Positions 17,611 to 29,100 of a stretch of 64,000 nt of DNA are shown here, one piece after another. Within the stretch, counting starts at the first letter, position 1. Every line of letters begins with the position of its first letter. The position numbers were made by a program, and so were the translations under genes. The notes beneath the pieces are model-generated. The model ran no database searches. It saw nothing but the letters and a program-made list of their open reading frames with translations, and was not told the origin of the DNA. The stretch lies in IMG/VR virus record IMGVR_UViG_3300028920_000001, positions 362,961 to 426,960 of that record. One strand, 5' to 3'.

Positions 17611-18794
17611 CCAATGCGTCAAATAAGAAGAAAAAACGATCAATTCAGATTGATATACCTGATTATTTAAAACATATTGATGAAACTATATGGGAAGAGC
17701 TCGAGACTTATTTATTTCAAGGTTTTTTAACTAGTCCATCTTATATATTCGAAAAGACTTTTGTTTTCAAAACTTTAAATCATCGTGAATTAAAATATAT
17801 TGAATTTTTGCGTCCCCTTAAAAGGTCTCCTCCTGAAATACAAGCTTTGTATCGGGCTGCATTTATTGCTCATAGTATTTTTGTTGTCGATGGTAAAAAT
17901 GTGATATATAAACGAGCGGATCATATAGATAAATTAATAGATATAATAAGAAAAATACCTCCAGAACACCAAATTAAAATTGTTGAAAATCTGGGAGCAT
18001 TAAACCAAAAAGCTTCTAGGCTTTATCCATTGGTTGAAGTTTATGTTTATGAAAATCGATCTCGATTTAAATGGTACTATATTAGTCCTAATCCAATTCA
18101 TTCTCCTATCTGTACTGGAATTCCCGGGACTGATGAATTAGGGATGAATTATTGTCAACAATCTTGGGTTACTCTCAATGCTTTGTTAGATAAACGTGAT
18201 AAAATTGAAGCTGAATGGACTAATGCTAAATTTATAGGGTCGTGCTTTGCTGGAAAAGGTATTCGTGCAGTAGATGAAAAAGATAAATCAAGAAGGAATA
18301 AAGAAAGAGTAGATCGAGAAGATCTTAAAATGAAAGTCTTGTATGAATATTTAAATCGGAGAACTAAGAAAGAAAAAGATAAAATTCAGGAAATGGTTGC
18401 TTTACCAGACGGGAGAAGAGCTACAGTCGAGAGGAGACTGAGAGCAGAATCTGTTGAGGAATTAGCAGACCAATTATCGGCTTCTTTGTCGGGTGAGAAA
18501 GATCATCATGATTTAGTGGTGGAAGCTCATCAAAGACAGGTTCAAGAACGTTATCGGGATATTGAAAGATCTAAGATTCAAATGTATTCGGTCCCTGCCG
18601 TATATCATGAAGGATCTACTTCAGAGCCTCTTCATGGGCCTTCTCGAGTGCTAGGAGGGAAGGCCGAGGCAAATGCCTTAGTTAAGAGATTAAGAGAAAT
18701 ACAATATAAAAATACCCAAAATATAGAGAAGAGAGAAAAAATAGAAGAAATTAGACAGAGTTCTGATAAGCCGGATCTTTCAGGACAGGAATAA
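17607..18794 (+). CDS. Putative second tail assembly chaperone / hypothetical protein
   Basis: 395-aa ORF, ATGA-coupled, directly upstream of the tape measure gene. Confidence 0.5.
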   Translation: MTNASNKKKKRSIQIDIPDYLKHIDETIWEELETYLFQGFLTSPSYIFEKTFVFKTLNHRELKYIEFLRPLKRSPPEIQALYRAAFIAHSIFVVDGKNVIYKRADHIDKLIDIIRKIPPEHQIKIVENLGALNQKASRLYPLVEVYVYENRSRFKWYYISPNPIHSPICTGIPGTDELGMNYCQQSWVTLNALLDKRDKIEAEWTNAKFIGSCFAGKGIRAVDEKDKSRRNKERVDREDLKMKVLYEYLNRRTKKEKDKIQEMVALPDGRRATVERRLRAESVEELADQLSASLSGEKDHHDLVVEAHQRQVQERYRDIERSKIQMYSVPAVYHEGSTSEPLHGPSRVLGGKAEANALVKRLREIQYKNTQNIEKREKIEEIRQSSDKPDLSGQE

Positions 18795-18808
18795 CCTGAG
18801 AAATTAAA

Positions 18809-21800
18809 ATGGCTGTTGACCAAGTAAATCTGGGTGTAGCTCTATCTCCCTATATTGATAAGCAGGCTTCCACCCGGGCGGAAAGAGATCTTACTGCATT
18901 AGTCAGAAAATTATCTGATGTTGAAATTGAATGGGGGAAGATAGCTAAGGCTACTAATATATCTGTTAGGGAAATTAAAGATATATCTACTGCTGCGTCT
19001 GATTTCGGTAAAAAATTATCTGCAGCTACTGTTAGTTCTATTAAAAGAATGCAGGAGCTGGGTAAGAAACTTGAAGATGCTCAAAAGGAAGCTGCGGTAT
19101 TAGAAAAAGTTGCTAAAAAGGCAAAAGGGACACAAGCTGAAAAAGCAGCTGAAGCTTGGGCTGCTGCAATTGGAAAAATATCTCGTACTAGTAAAGAAAT
19201 TGATGATTTTAGAAAAGCTCATCAAAAAGCTCGGAATGAATTTGAAAAAGTTGCTAAAGCTCATGCGGCTTATGCTGATTCACTTCAGAAAATGGCAAAA
19301 TTTGATCGGAAGCAATTTACTTCCGAAATGGGAAAAAGTGGAGGTCGTGCCCTACAATCATTTTTTGCTAAAGATGTGAAAGGAATAATTGGTGGCGTTG
19401 GGGGAATGGGCCGCGCTGTAGCCAAAGCTGGTGAAGCTAGATTAGCAAAAACTGCTTTATCTAGAGGTGCTGGAACAGCAGCTGGTGGAATGGGAGGTAT
19501 CGCTGGTGTTTTAACTAAGATGGGTCCTGTTTTGAGCGGTCTGGCTACTTCATTTGGAATATTTGTTGCTTTGCTCACAGGTGCTAGTGAGCATATGACT
19601 AAATTAAACAAAACTATACTGAAAGGGACAGGAACAATTAATGATTTTTATCTTTCAGGCAGAGATTATGCTAAGACTATAGACGGCCTTCGTCAAGCTG
19701 CCATTAATACGCATGGTGCCATGCTTAAATTAGGTGCTGATTCTGAAAAATCTTTATCAATAATTAATGCTTTTGCTCAGACTTCGACTGGTTCATTAGC
19801 AAAAACCACTGGATTTTTGGAAGATTATGGAGGTGATTTAGAGACAGGAATGCAAAAGTTTGCAACTAGTGCTATTGCTTATGGTAAGGCTCTTGGCGTT
19901 GAAGCTGAAGAAGTTGCCAAGACTATGGGTAATTTTGTAAGTGAAGCTGGTTATGCAGCTACTCAAGCTCAAAGTGTGATGTCTGGGGTTGTTAAATCAG
20001 CTGCTACAGCAAATATGCCAGTTACAAAGTTTATGGACATCTTTAAATCTGTAACTCCTCATGTTGAATTATTCACTAATCGAATTGAGACATTAACCGG
20101 AGCAATTTCTTTGCTTGGTAAAGCAATGAGTCCTGAACAAGTAAAGAAATTCATGCAGGCTTTCGGGAAAGGACTCGATGCTGAAAGTTTCAAAGAACGA
20201 CTTCGTAAAGTGCTGGTTGCAGGTACTGGGAACGTTGGAAAAGTTTTAGAAAAGGACTTTAGATCAAAGGCTGGAGTTATAGCTAAAGGCCTGCCTGTAG
20301 GAATGGCCAAAGAATTTTGGAAGACTTGGAATTATAAAGGTAAAGATTCAAGCAAGAAAATGAATCAATTTATTGCTCGGGCTCAAGCTCGAGGAGGCTT
20401 AACTCCGGCCCAAACCGGTAATTTAACTAGATTATTTGCAGCTGAACAAGAAAGAAGAAAAGGTGGTGCAATTAGTATGGCCTCAGCAGTAAAAGGTGCT
20501 GGGATGTGGGGCCAAGTAAAAATAATGAGTGGTGTAGTTGATAGACTAGTTGGTAGAGGTGCTGGAGGCCGTATTACTGGGTTACAAGAACATGTAGCTG
20601 AAAAATTCTATAGTAGAGACCAGATTGAATCTTTTAATCGAATGATTGAAGCTGTGAATTTAAGTGCTGATCGAATTGAAGCGTATGGAACTACTGGAAG
20701 TAAGGCTATCGACAAAGCATTGGCTGAAGTTGCAGTAGGAGCAGGAGCAATTAAGCCTGGAAAGCAAATAACACGTGAAGATTTAATGAAATTATCATCT
20801 CGGAAAGATTTTCAAGATTTACTTGCTCAGGCCCATGAGGCTGCTGGAGAAGATAAAAAGGTTCAAGTAAAAGCTATTGATTTAGCAGTAGAACAAACCA
20901 CTGCTACACTTAGTATTCTTGATCAATTAAAAAATGTTATAAGTTATTTACTTGAAAAGTTATTTGATATTCTTTCTCCGATTTTGGATGTTTTAAAAGA
21001 TGTTTGGTCATGGATGACTGGTTCTGAAGATGAAAGGGCTAAAGAAAAATCATACAATAAAGCATTATCTGATTTTGAAAAAGAAAAAGGAGCAAGTGCA
21101 GAATCTAAAGCTACGCTTAGAAATATGGTGGAGACTTATACTTCAGAATTAAGAGCTGGCGGGGCTGGCGCTGCATTAACTGCTGCTGGTAAACAAATGG
21201 CTCCGGCTATGGGAACTGGTGAAGCGCAGAAATATATAACTGATTTTCTAAAAGGAGCTGGAGTTACTGCTAAATGGGAGGTAGGTGAAAAAGCGGGACA
21301 AACAATGACCCCTGCTGAGGTTGCTAAAGAATTTCAACGTGTAATGAGCATGGAGGGTGGTGGTAAAGCTATGAAGTGGCTACAAGAAGCTACTTCTAAG
21401 GATATAGCTTTTGGAATGATGGCCTTAAGTTCTCAATTATCTCCTTCTATGGATGCCCTTGAAAAATTTGCTACTAGGAGGGATTGGAAAACTGGTGGAG
21501 CTGCTAATGCGCCTGGGGTTGTTCAGACTAAAGAAGAATTGGAAAAAATTCGAGATGCACAACGGAAAAAGGCCGCTGGAATTGATCCTGGGTTAGTTAA
21601 TGATTTGGAAAATACTACTGCTACAGTTTTGACTGCTGCTGAAGCTGCCACGGCAGCAGCTAAAGGCGGTCTTCCTGGCGAAGCCGGTAAGACTAAGAAA
21701 GGAATGGAGATTACGGTAGGGGAAGCAAAAATAGAAGGAGGTCCGGCAGGAGGGCCATTATCTGAAGCTTCTAAACCACGTACAGAAGAACAGGTGAAAG

Positions 21801-22621
21801 CAATAAATGAAGCTGTTCAAAAGAAATTAGGAACTTGGCAACCGGCGGCTACTCCTGGTATTCAGTGGGGTCCTGCTCCAGGGGCTCCTCCAGGGGCTCC
21901 TCCAGGGGCTCCTCCAGGGGCTCCAGGTAAAGATCCAGGGGCTGTTGCTACAGCTGAGGCTCAACAGCAAACAAGTGAAGATCAGAAGAAAGCTACTAAG
22001 AAGATAGTGGAAACTGAAGAGCAACGTGCTCAAAGATTAGAAAAGGCTACTGACAAAGTATATGAGGGTGTTGACGATGTTGTTTCATTATTGAAGAAAG
22101 GCATTAAACTCGAGAGTAATTTTGTTCAAGGCAGATATAGGAAAGTTTTAAAAGATGCTACTTTAGAAGCATTTCGAATTGCATTAATGGAACACGCTGT
22201 GATTCGGGCTAAAACTGAAGAACAAGAGGGATTCAGAAAATTATTATCTGAACGAGGATGGGAACTTGGAGGCAAACTTAAAGGAACTGAAGGGGAATTT
22301 GCTGAAATGGGAATGCTCCGTCCTGGAGAAGATCCATATAATATTACAGCAGCTGATCAAAAGAAAAGATGGCAGGAATTAACTTCAGGTAAGCAAGCTG
22401 GTGGAGCGATTACTGAAACTGGAATGCATTTATTACATGCTGGTGAATATGTGATGAGTGCAGCTCAAGCTGCTAATATGAGGGCAGCTGGGATGAGTCC
22501 TGGTGGGCGAGGAGGTGGCGATACTTTCAATATTTACGTGAATGCTCAAACTGATGCATCACCGGAGCAAATTGCTTCTGTGGTGCGATATGAAATGATA
22601 CGAACTAAAGAAAAATCATAA
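18809..22621 (+). CDS. Tape measure protein
   Basis: 1270 aa, Ala/Gly/Lys-rich helical; C-terminal GGAITETGMHLLHAGEYV…TFNIYVNA motif typical of tape measure ends; canonical position. Confidence 0.85.
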   Translation: MAVDQVNLGVALSPYIDKQASTRAERDLTALVRKLSDVEIEWGKIAKATNISVREIKDISTAASDFGKKLSAATVSSIKRMQELGKKLEDAQKEAAVLEKVAKKAKGTQAEKAAEAWAAAIGKISRTSKEIDDFRKAHQKARNEFEKVAKAHAAYADSLQKMAKFDRKQFTSEMGKSGGRALQSFFAKDVKGIIGGVGGMGRAVAKAGEARLAKTALSRGAGTAAGGMGGIAGVLTKMGPVLSGLATSFGIFVALLTGASEHMTKLNKTILKGTGTINDFYLSGRDYAKTIDGLRQAAINTHGAMLKLGADSEKSLSIINAFAQTSTGSLAKTTGFLEDYGGDLETGMQKFATSAIAYGKALGVEAEEVAKTMGNFVSEAGYAATQAQSVMSGVVKSAATANMPVTKFMDIFKSVTPHVELFTNRIETLTGAISLLGKAMSPEQVKKFMQAFGKGLDAESFKERLRKVLVAGTGNVGKVLEKDFRSKAGVIAKGLPVGMAKEFWKTWNYKGKDSSKKMNQFIARAQARGGLTPAQTGNLTRLFAAEQERRKGGAISMASAVKGAGMWGQVKIMSGVVDRLVGRGAGGRITGLQEHVAEKFYSRDQIESFNRMIEAVNLSADRIEAYGTTGSKAIDKALAEVAVGAGAIKPGKQITREDLMKLSSRKDFQDLLAQAHEAAGEDKKVQVKAIDLAVEQTTATLSILDQLKNVISYLLEKLFDILSPILDVLKDVWSWMTGSEDERAKEKSYNKALSDFEKEKGASAESKATLRNMVETYTSELRAGGAGAALTAAGKQMAPAMGTGEAQKYITDFLKGAGVTAKWEVGEKAGQTMTPAEVAKEFQRVMSMEGGGKAMKWLQEATSKDIAFGMMALSSQLSPSMDALEKFATRRDWKTGGAANAPGVVQTKEELEKIRDAQRKKAAGIDPGLVNDLENTTATVLTAAEAATAAAKGGLPGEAGKTKKGMEITVGEAKIEGGPAGGPLSEASKPRTEEQVKAINEAVQKKLGTWQPAATPGIQWGPAPGAPPGAPPGAPPGAPGKDPGAVATAEAQQQTSEDQKKATKKIVETEEQRAQRLEKATDKVYEGVDDVVSLLKKGIKLESNFVQGRYRKVLKDATLEAFRIALMEHAVIRAKTEEQEGFRKLLSERGWELGGKLKGTEGEFAEMGMLRPGEDPYNITAADQKKRWQELTSGKQAGGAITETGMHLLHAGEYVMSAAQAANMRAAGMSPGGRGGGDTFNIYVNAQTDASPEQIASVVRYEMIRTKEKS
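21878..21925 (+). repeat. 12-bp tandem repeat CCAGGGGCTCCT (PGAP) x4 within tape measure gene
   Basis: Three perfect copies (21878, 21890, 21902) plus one 11/12 copy (21914). Confidence 0.9.
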
Positions 22622-24459
22622 TGCCGGTTGAGATTCCCAGCGTTCCTAATCCTCAAAAGGAACAAACTTATCAAGCTCGTGGACGACGTGGTCGTCCAAT
22701 GTTATTTCAAATTACTGATCCTCATAATACTCCTCTTTTTCCTTATTTACTAGCTCTCCATATTAATCCTCAAAATTTTGACGAAAAGATGATGACTAGT
22801 AAAACCACGTCAGCAACTCGTGGTGGATTTGTTGAATGGATTTGGCCTGATGAATTAGATTCTATTTCCGCAAATGCTTCTACTGGCGCTTTTATTGGTC
22901 CTGATACTGGATTAGTTGCTGGTTCTGATGGACGTCGCGCTAGTTCAACTGCAGGTGGTTATGTTTCTACTCCTGGTCGCAAAGAAACAATAGCCTGGGA
23001 GAGACAACAGGATTTACTTGAATTATTTCATTGTAATGGAATGATCTTTGATGGACAAGGACGTCCGGTAATTCGTGGCAAGGTGATGTGTGTTTATGAT
23101 CGAGGAATTTATCTAGGTCATTTTACTACATTTTCAGTTAAAGAAAATGATGAAAAGGCTTTTTCATTTGAATTAGACTGGGAATTTAAAGTAGAAGCTA
23201 CGGTTTATATCTTTCCTGGATCACAAACTAAAATTCAGAATGAAGATAGTCAACTTTCTGGAACAGTTGCACCAATTGCTAATCGTGTTGGTCTGGATAA
23301 AGTTGGAGAAATTGAAAGAGAAGATATTCAACGACGAGAACAGGAAGCGGCCGAACGAGCGGAAGCAGAACGAGTAAGACAACTTCGTGAAGAATATGGG
23401 GAATTACATGAAGGTGAAGCTGAGCCGCTGGCTGCTGATCAATTAACTGACAAAGAAAGAGCTAAACTTCCTGATTTCATCCAGGCTTCATTAGTTCCAA
23501 GTCCTCCAATAGACGAATCAGATGATCAATTTACGACTGATTCAGTTCATTTCTTTGATGGGGAGAGACAAGATGTGTTGGATGGTGCGGCTCAAGATAT
23601 GGGCTATGAGAATTGGACTGAATATGTAGAGACAGTGGGACCTGAGAATGCGGCTGCTGCTGGACTGGAAGCGATGGCAGGATATGAATCTCAGATCGCT
23701 GGAACTGAGATAGAACATGATATATTAGAAAGAGCTGCTAGAGAGCGTGGGTATGAAAATTGGTCTGAATACGAAGCAGCAGTTGGTTCAGGCGCAGCTA
23801 GAACTACTCAATTGTTAGCCACGCAAGACGCCTATGAGCAAGCACAACGCAATCTTGATCCGGTCACATTCACTCCTGATGATATTGCATCTATGCGAGC
23901 TCAAGGATTATCGGAACAAGATATTGCAGCGTTGCAACAAGCTGCTGTAGACGCTAATCAACAAACTGCCGTTTATCGTGTTCCTCAACCAGAAAATGTG
24001 GGAACAACTGAAGATCAATATACCACTAGTTTTATTGAAGATCCAGCTACCGGGCAATTAATAGAAATTTCAGTTCCGGCTAACCAACCTACGTCTCCTG
24101 AAGAGGCTGCTGAGTTCCAGCGTCATCTGGCTCGCAGGAGAGGACAACGTCGTACTACTGAAGGAGAAATTGAAGATTATCCAGTTGGCCCATACACTTC
24201 AGATCAAAGACAATGGTTATTAGATGAGACGGCTCGAGAAGAGGGTTATTCTGATTGGAATGCTTTAGTTCAGGCAGAGGGTTCAGCTCGTGCAGCTTCT
24301 ATTGAGCGGTATACTGTTGGATCTAGTACATCAACTTTCACTATTCCAGGTCCTGGAGATCCTATAGATCAAGAATCGGAGGGATTTGTTACATCTTCTG
24401 ATGAAGAAGTTGCTAAATTCCGAGCTCATTTAGAGAGGAAGAGAAGGAGAGGACAATAA
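22621..24459 (+). CDS. Tube-initiator-like baseplate protein with long acidic repeat extension
   Basis: N-terminal ~200 aa (LHINPQNF…IYLGHFTTFSV…FSFELDWEFKV) is paralogous to the C-terminal domain of 24459-26114. Confidence 0.55.
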   Translation: MPVEIPSVPNPQKEQTYQARGRRGRPMLFQITDPHNTPLFPYLLALHINPQNFDEKMMTSKTTSATRGGFVEWIWPDELDSISANASTGAFIGPDTGLVAGSDGRRASSTAGGYVSTPGRKETIAWERQQDLLELFHCNGMIFDGQGRPVIRGKVMCVYDRGIYLGHFTTFSVKENDEKAFSFELDWEFKVEATVYIFPGSQTKIQNEDSQLSGTVAPIANRVGLDKVGEIEREDIQRREQEAAERAEAERVRQLREEYGELHEGEAEPLAADQLTDKERAKLPDFIQASLVPSPPIDESDDQFTTDSVHFFDGERQDVLDGAAQDMGYENWTEYVETVGPENAAAAGLEAMAGYESQIAGTEIEHDILERAARERGYENWSEYEAAVGSGAARTTQLLATQDAYEQAQRNLDPVTFTPDDIASMRAQGLSEQDIAALQQAAVDANQQTAVYRVPQPENVGTTEDQYTTSFIEDPATGQLIEISVPANQPTSPEEAAEFQRHLARRRGQRRTTEGEIEDYPVGPYTSDQRQWLLDETAREEGYSDWNALVQAEGSARAASIERYTVGSSTSTFTIPGPGDPIDQESEGFVTSSDEEVAKFRAHLERKRRRGQ

Positions 24460-26114
24460 TGCCAGCTCAGGATATTCTTACTGGGCTTAATAGTGCCATT
24501 CCCTCTATATTGAGTCAGCTAGAGACTATAAATCGTCAAATCAATTTTGCTACTAAAGCCCCTAATGCTGTTAGCGTAGAATCGGCAAGAAATCAAGATA
24601 ATCGAATAATTAGTGATTCTAGAGGAAATCCTGTATTAGATTTTAAACCAATTGAATCAGAAGCATTTACTGGAATTACAGCTTCTAGAAGAAATGCAAA
24701 GCCATTTATTATCGGTTTTATCCCTCCTGATAATCCGATTAATTTTGTACCAGTTAAAGCGATTAGAAGTGTAGTTTCTGCGATTGAGGCAAATCAAAAT
24801 AGCAATGATCGATATGCACATGTTTCAGGTTCAATAGCAGCTGTCTCCGGTTTGGAAGAAAATACTACACCAGAATTTAGGCGTAAATTAATTGCTATTG
24901 CTGAAGAACTTGGGACTAATCCTGATTATTTAGCGGCTGTGATGTCAGTTGAAAGTGGTCGAACTTTCGACCCTGCTATTCGTAATCCTCAAGGAGGTGC
25001 TACTGGGCTAATTCAATTTATGCCAGCTACAGCACGTAATCATTTAGGCACTACTACAGAAGAATTATCTCAGATGTCAGCTGAAGAGCAGCTGGATTAT
25101 GTTAAGAAATATTATGAACCGTTCAAAGGAAGACTTAAGTCAGTTGATGATGTGTATTTAGCTACTTTTATGCCTTATTATGTTGGTAAACCTCGTAGTG
25201 CAGTGATTGCACAAGAAGGGTCATCAGCGCGTTCTGATAAATCGAGTCATACTCAGGGTAAAGTATATGATCAGAATAAGGGACTTGCTCGAGGGGGAGT
25301 CATTACTGTAGGTAGTGTTACGGCTGTAGCTAGAGGAAGACTTTCAGTTGCTACTAGAAGAGTGGATGTTCCAGCAGCAGCTCCTAAAGTAGATTTAACA
25401 GAGACTCAAAGGAATCCTCGAAATTTAATGACCTATGGTCAGAGATTAGGTCCCGATTCCGTAGATAAATTGAATGGCAGGTGGGGTAGAACAGTAGAAA
25501 TTGATGGTGATAGAAGAAAGTATACTGATAAACAGGTAGATGCGTTAAGAGCTCAAATCGAAAATCTTAAAAAAATCCCTCCTTTGTTATTATTAATTAA
25601 TCCGAGTGAATTTAATCGTTCTTATGAACATACCGTGGATTCTAGTATTAAAACTAGGCATGGTCATATTGTTCATATATGGTTAGAGAAGCCTTTTAAA
25701 ATTTCATCATCAGGTGTTACCGCCGGACAATATATAATCGACGCATCAGGTCGCGGTGGTCTCACAACAGAACATCGTGTTCATAGTTTGAGTTATGCTA
25801 ATTTATCTTCTTTAGTTGGAATGTATAAAAATAATGGTCGTATTTTTATTGGTGATGAGGCTAATCCTGCGAATCGTGGTGTTCAATTATTAGCATTTAC
25901 TGTTTTTATTTATTATGACGAGCACATTTATTTAGGTTCATTTGATGATTTTGGAGTAACGGATGCTGCAGATAAGCCATTTAATATGTCATATGAAATG
26001 AAATTCAATGTTAGGTATGAAATGGCTGTTCCTGCCAAACCGGAATCTCAATATAGAGAAACAGATTATCGTATTTCTAGAGGGGTAGCAACTACTGGGA
26101 CAGCAGAAGAATGA
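24459..26114 (+). CDS. Tail-associated lytic transglycosylase (SLT-like) fused to a tube-initiator-like domain
   Basis: LAAVMSVESG…ATGLIQFMPATA…EEQLDYVKKY lysozyme-like motifs; C-terminal LLINPSEF…IYLGSFDDFGV…FNMSYEMKFNV. Confidence 0.8.
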   Translation: MPAQDILTGLNSAIPSILSQLETINRQINFATKAPNAVSVESARNQDNRIISDSRGNPVLDFKPIESEAFTGITASRRNAKPFIIGFIPPDNPINFVPVKAIRSVVSAIEANQNSNDRYAHVSGSIAAVSGLEENTTPEFRRKLIAIAEELGTNPDYLAAVMSVESGRTFDPAIRNPQGGATGLIQFMPATARNHLGTTTEELSQMSAEEQLDYVKKYYEPFKGRLKSVDDVYLATFMPYYVGKPRSAVIAQEGSSARSDKSSHTQGKVYDQNKGLARGGVITVGSVTAVARGRLSVATRRVDVPAAAPKVDLTETQRNPRNLMTYGQRLGPDSVDKLNGRWGRTVEIDGDRRKYTDKQVDALRAQIENLKKIPPLLLLINPSEFNRSYEHTVDSSIKTRHGHIVHIWLEKPFKISSSGVTAGQYIIDASGRGGLTTEHRVHSLSYANLSSLVGMYKNNGRIFIGDEANPANRGVQLLAFTVFIYYDEHIYLGSFDDFGVTDAADKPFNMSYEMKFNVRYEMAVPAKPESQYRETDYRISRGVATTGTAEE

Positions 26115-29100
26115 GTCGCATTTCTGCATTTCGTGGTACCTGGGAGCCTAATCGACGTCCCTATATTACTCTTACACCTGACGTGTGGGTTGCTATTCAA
26201 GGTGAAACCTCTGTTATTGCATGTGGAGAATGTAAAAAGAGACTTCAGATTAATCGTTATGTCACAGGTATATCAACTGAAGCATCAGTAGATTCTCCTC
26301 CTGGTTCTGCTACCATTAATCTTTCCATTCCTGACACTGACATTACTGAATTTTATACAGAGAATGAGTTTGCCATCATCCCAATGATGGAAGTTGAAAT
26401 TTTTGCTAAGGGTTATTATACTGTTGGAGGTTATCCTCAGTATTATCGAATTTTTTGGGGTTTAGTCCAAACAGTTTCTAAAAGTTGGAGTAATGGTGTT
26501 ACTTCTATCACTCTTAATTGTCAAGATATTTTAAGATGGTGGCAATTAACTAACGTTATTACTAATCCAGCATTCCTTGACATTCCAAAATCACAGGCTG
26601 GACAATATCAATTATTTGGTAATAAGTTTGCCGGTTCTAATCCATATACTGTAATCATCATGTTGGCTAAGGAGGCCATGGGTGATTTTTCTATTACTAC
26701 TAGTTCATTTACTTCATTCCGACCTGAAGATGGTGCTGAACAACCAGTTATCGGTCAATACGCTAAAGATGTTATGGCATATTGGCAATTAAAATTTGGA
26801 AATATGTGGAATAATTTAGTTTTATATGGAACTTCAGGAAGAGCTTATACATTTGAAGGATTACCTGGCAACGTTAATCCAATGAAAATTTCTAAGGCTA
26901 TCTTTGAACAAGAAGCTAAAGAACTAAATTTAAATGAAGCAACAGCTTATTTTAAGATCAAGCCCTATGAAATTGCTGCTTTCAAACGTGAATATTCTAA
27001 AGCCGGGGATGTTGATTTTTTCCAAAATGACACAATGACCAAACTTGAAGTTGCTATGCAAGCTCGAGATCAAGCTGGTCAATATGAATTTTATTGTGAT
27101 ACAACTGGAGATATTATATTTAAACCGCCATTTTATAATTTAAATGTTATTCCGAACAAACCTGTCTCTTGGATTCAAGACTTTGAAATTTTAGATGAAA
27201 GTATTAGTGATACGGAGAGTCAAGTTTATACTCATGTGGTTTCACATGGTAATGCATTTGGTGGTGTAAATGATTATGGAATCAATGATGATATAACTAC
27301 TCCTCGTACTGGTGTTATTGATTGGCATTTGTTAAGGCGATATGGATGGCGTAAATGGGATTTACAAGTAGAATGGGCTGGGAATCCTAAAAAATTATTT
27401 TATCATTGTCTTGACGCGTTAGATAGATCAAATGTAAGAAGAATAAGCGGAAATATTACTATTCCCATGCGACCTGAACTTAGAATGGGATTTCCAGTTT
27501 GGGTGCCATCACATGATTCATTTTATTATGTTTCTGGTATTTCTCATCAATATTCAGTTGGTGGACAGGCTACAACTACTGTTACTTTAATAGCTAAGCG
27601 ATCTAAGTTTATTGCTCCTAAAAATATTGGTAGATTACAAACAATTAGGACTAAAGTAACAACAACTAAGAAGAAAAATGTTGCTACTAAGAAACAACAG
27701 AGTAGGAAACAATCGAAGAAAATCCAAGAAATTGATTACGGGATCAGGGATGCAAATTCAGAAATCTCTTATTCCATTACTTTTCCATCCAACGTTGGGA
27801 AATCTTCAAGTTTGATTGCTGAAGGGGGTCAACAGTCGGAATTTGGCGGGCCAGCCATACTGCGTGATCCTAAAACTGGCAAGCTTTTAGGGTTTCCGAA
27901 TGCAGTCATGGTTTATCGTACTTCTATGGGAGGGAAGGTTTTATCTAGATTATTGGAAGAAAAGGGAGACACGAGAGCTAAACGTCCGAAGAAGCAAGAT
28001 AAAAAGAAAAATGAAGGTACAGATTTTACTGCCGATAAAGTCCAAGGAGAAATTCTTAGACAAATTCATAACGAAGAACGTTCTAAATTAATTGAGCGAG
28101 TTCGAATTCACCGTTACGAGTGGGGATTTTCTAATGCTGGGGCTTATGATTACGCTCATGATGAAGCAGGTGAAGTTCAGGAATTAAATATAGTACCAGC
28201 TTCTACTATTTTGTGGGGAACAGGAACTGATGATCCATCTGAACAAACTGGAGTTTTGAGTCAAAGTGAAGTAGCGAATAGAAGTATTCAATCTAATGCT
28301 GATTTAGTATCTAAACAAGATGAAATTAAAGCTGTTGAAGCTGAAATTAGGGCTGCTCGCGGTGAGCTTGATCTGCTTCGTAGAGAAATTAGAAAATTTG
28401 CTAAAAGTAAATCATATGATGTAGAAGAGGCAGCAGCTCAGTTAACTCGGGAAGAAGAATTAACTGAAAGGCTTGGGTCATTAAATGAAAGACGAACTCA
28501 GTTAAAAGCTGAGGAGGCAACCACTACTGCTAGAGGCTCGATTAAGATATTGCCTGCTCCTAATGTTATGGTTAGACCTGTATCTGATGAGTTTGGATTT
28601 GAGGTGATCGGTCACTATCGATATGGAAGAGGAGCTTTTCTAAGTGGAGGTCAAGTTCAAGTTGAAGATCCTTTAAATTCGAATCAAACTGTTAATCAAC
28701 TTGGCATTCAATTTTCGGCTCATGGAGGACTTTTAACAGATAATCCTAGGCAAAGAAATCTTGGTACTTTATCGTTTAATTTTGCTGAAGCATATGAAAA
28801 AATGGGACCAGATGACTTTACTACCGGTGCTACTTTTACTGGCGGAAACTATGAAAATCCTCAGGAAATTGCGGATATAAATCCAACTAATCAAGCTACT
28901 TATAGTAGTGCAGTCGAAAAAAGTGCTAGGTTGGGTACTACCGTATTTGTGGAAGCGGATGCTTTACGTCGTGCAGTAACTTTAGCTGAATTGAGGCCAT
29001 ACACAAATACTGGATCTGAAGTTGGTGAACCATTCAGTAATTGTGCTTGTCAATTAGGACGGACTAACTGGCTATCAGTATTACCTCAAGAAGCTATTAC

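Noticed and set aside
17590-17612. Programmed -1 frameshift between the two chaperone-like genes
   Set aside because: TAG at 17601-17603 closes the downstream frame and no slippery heptamer is present.
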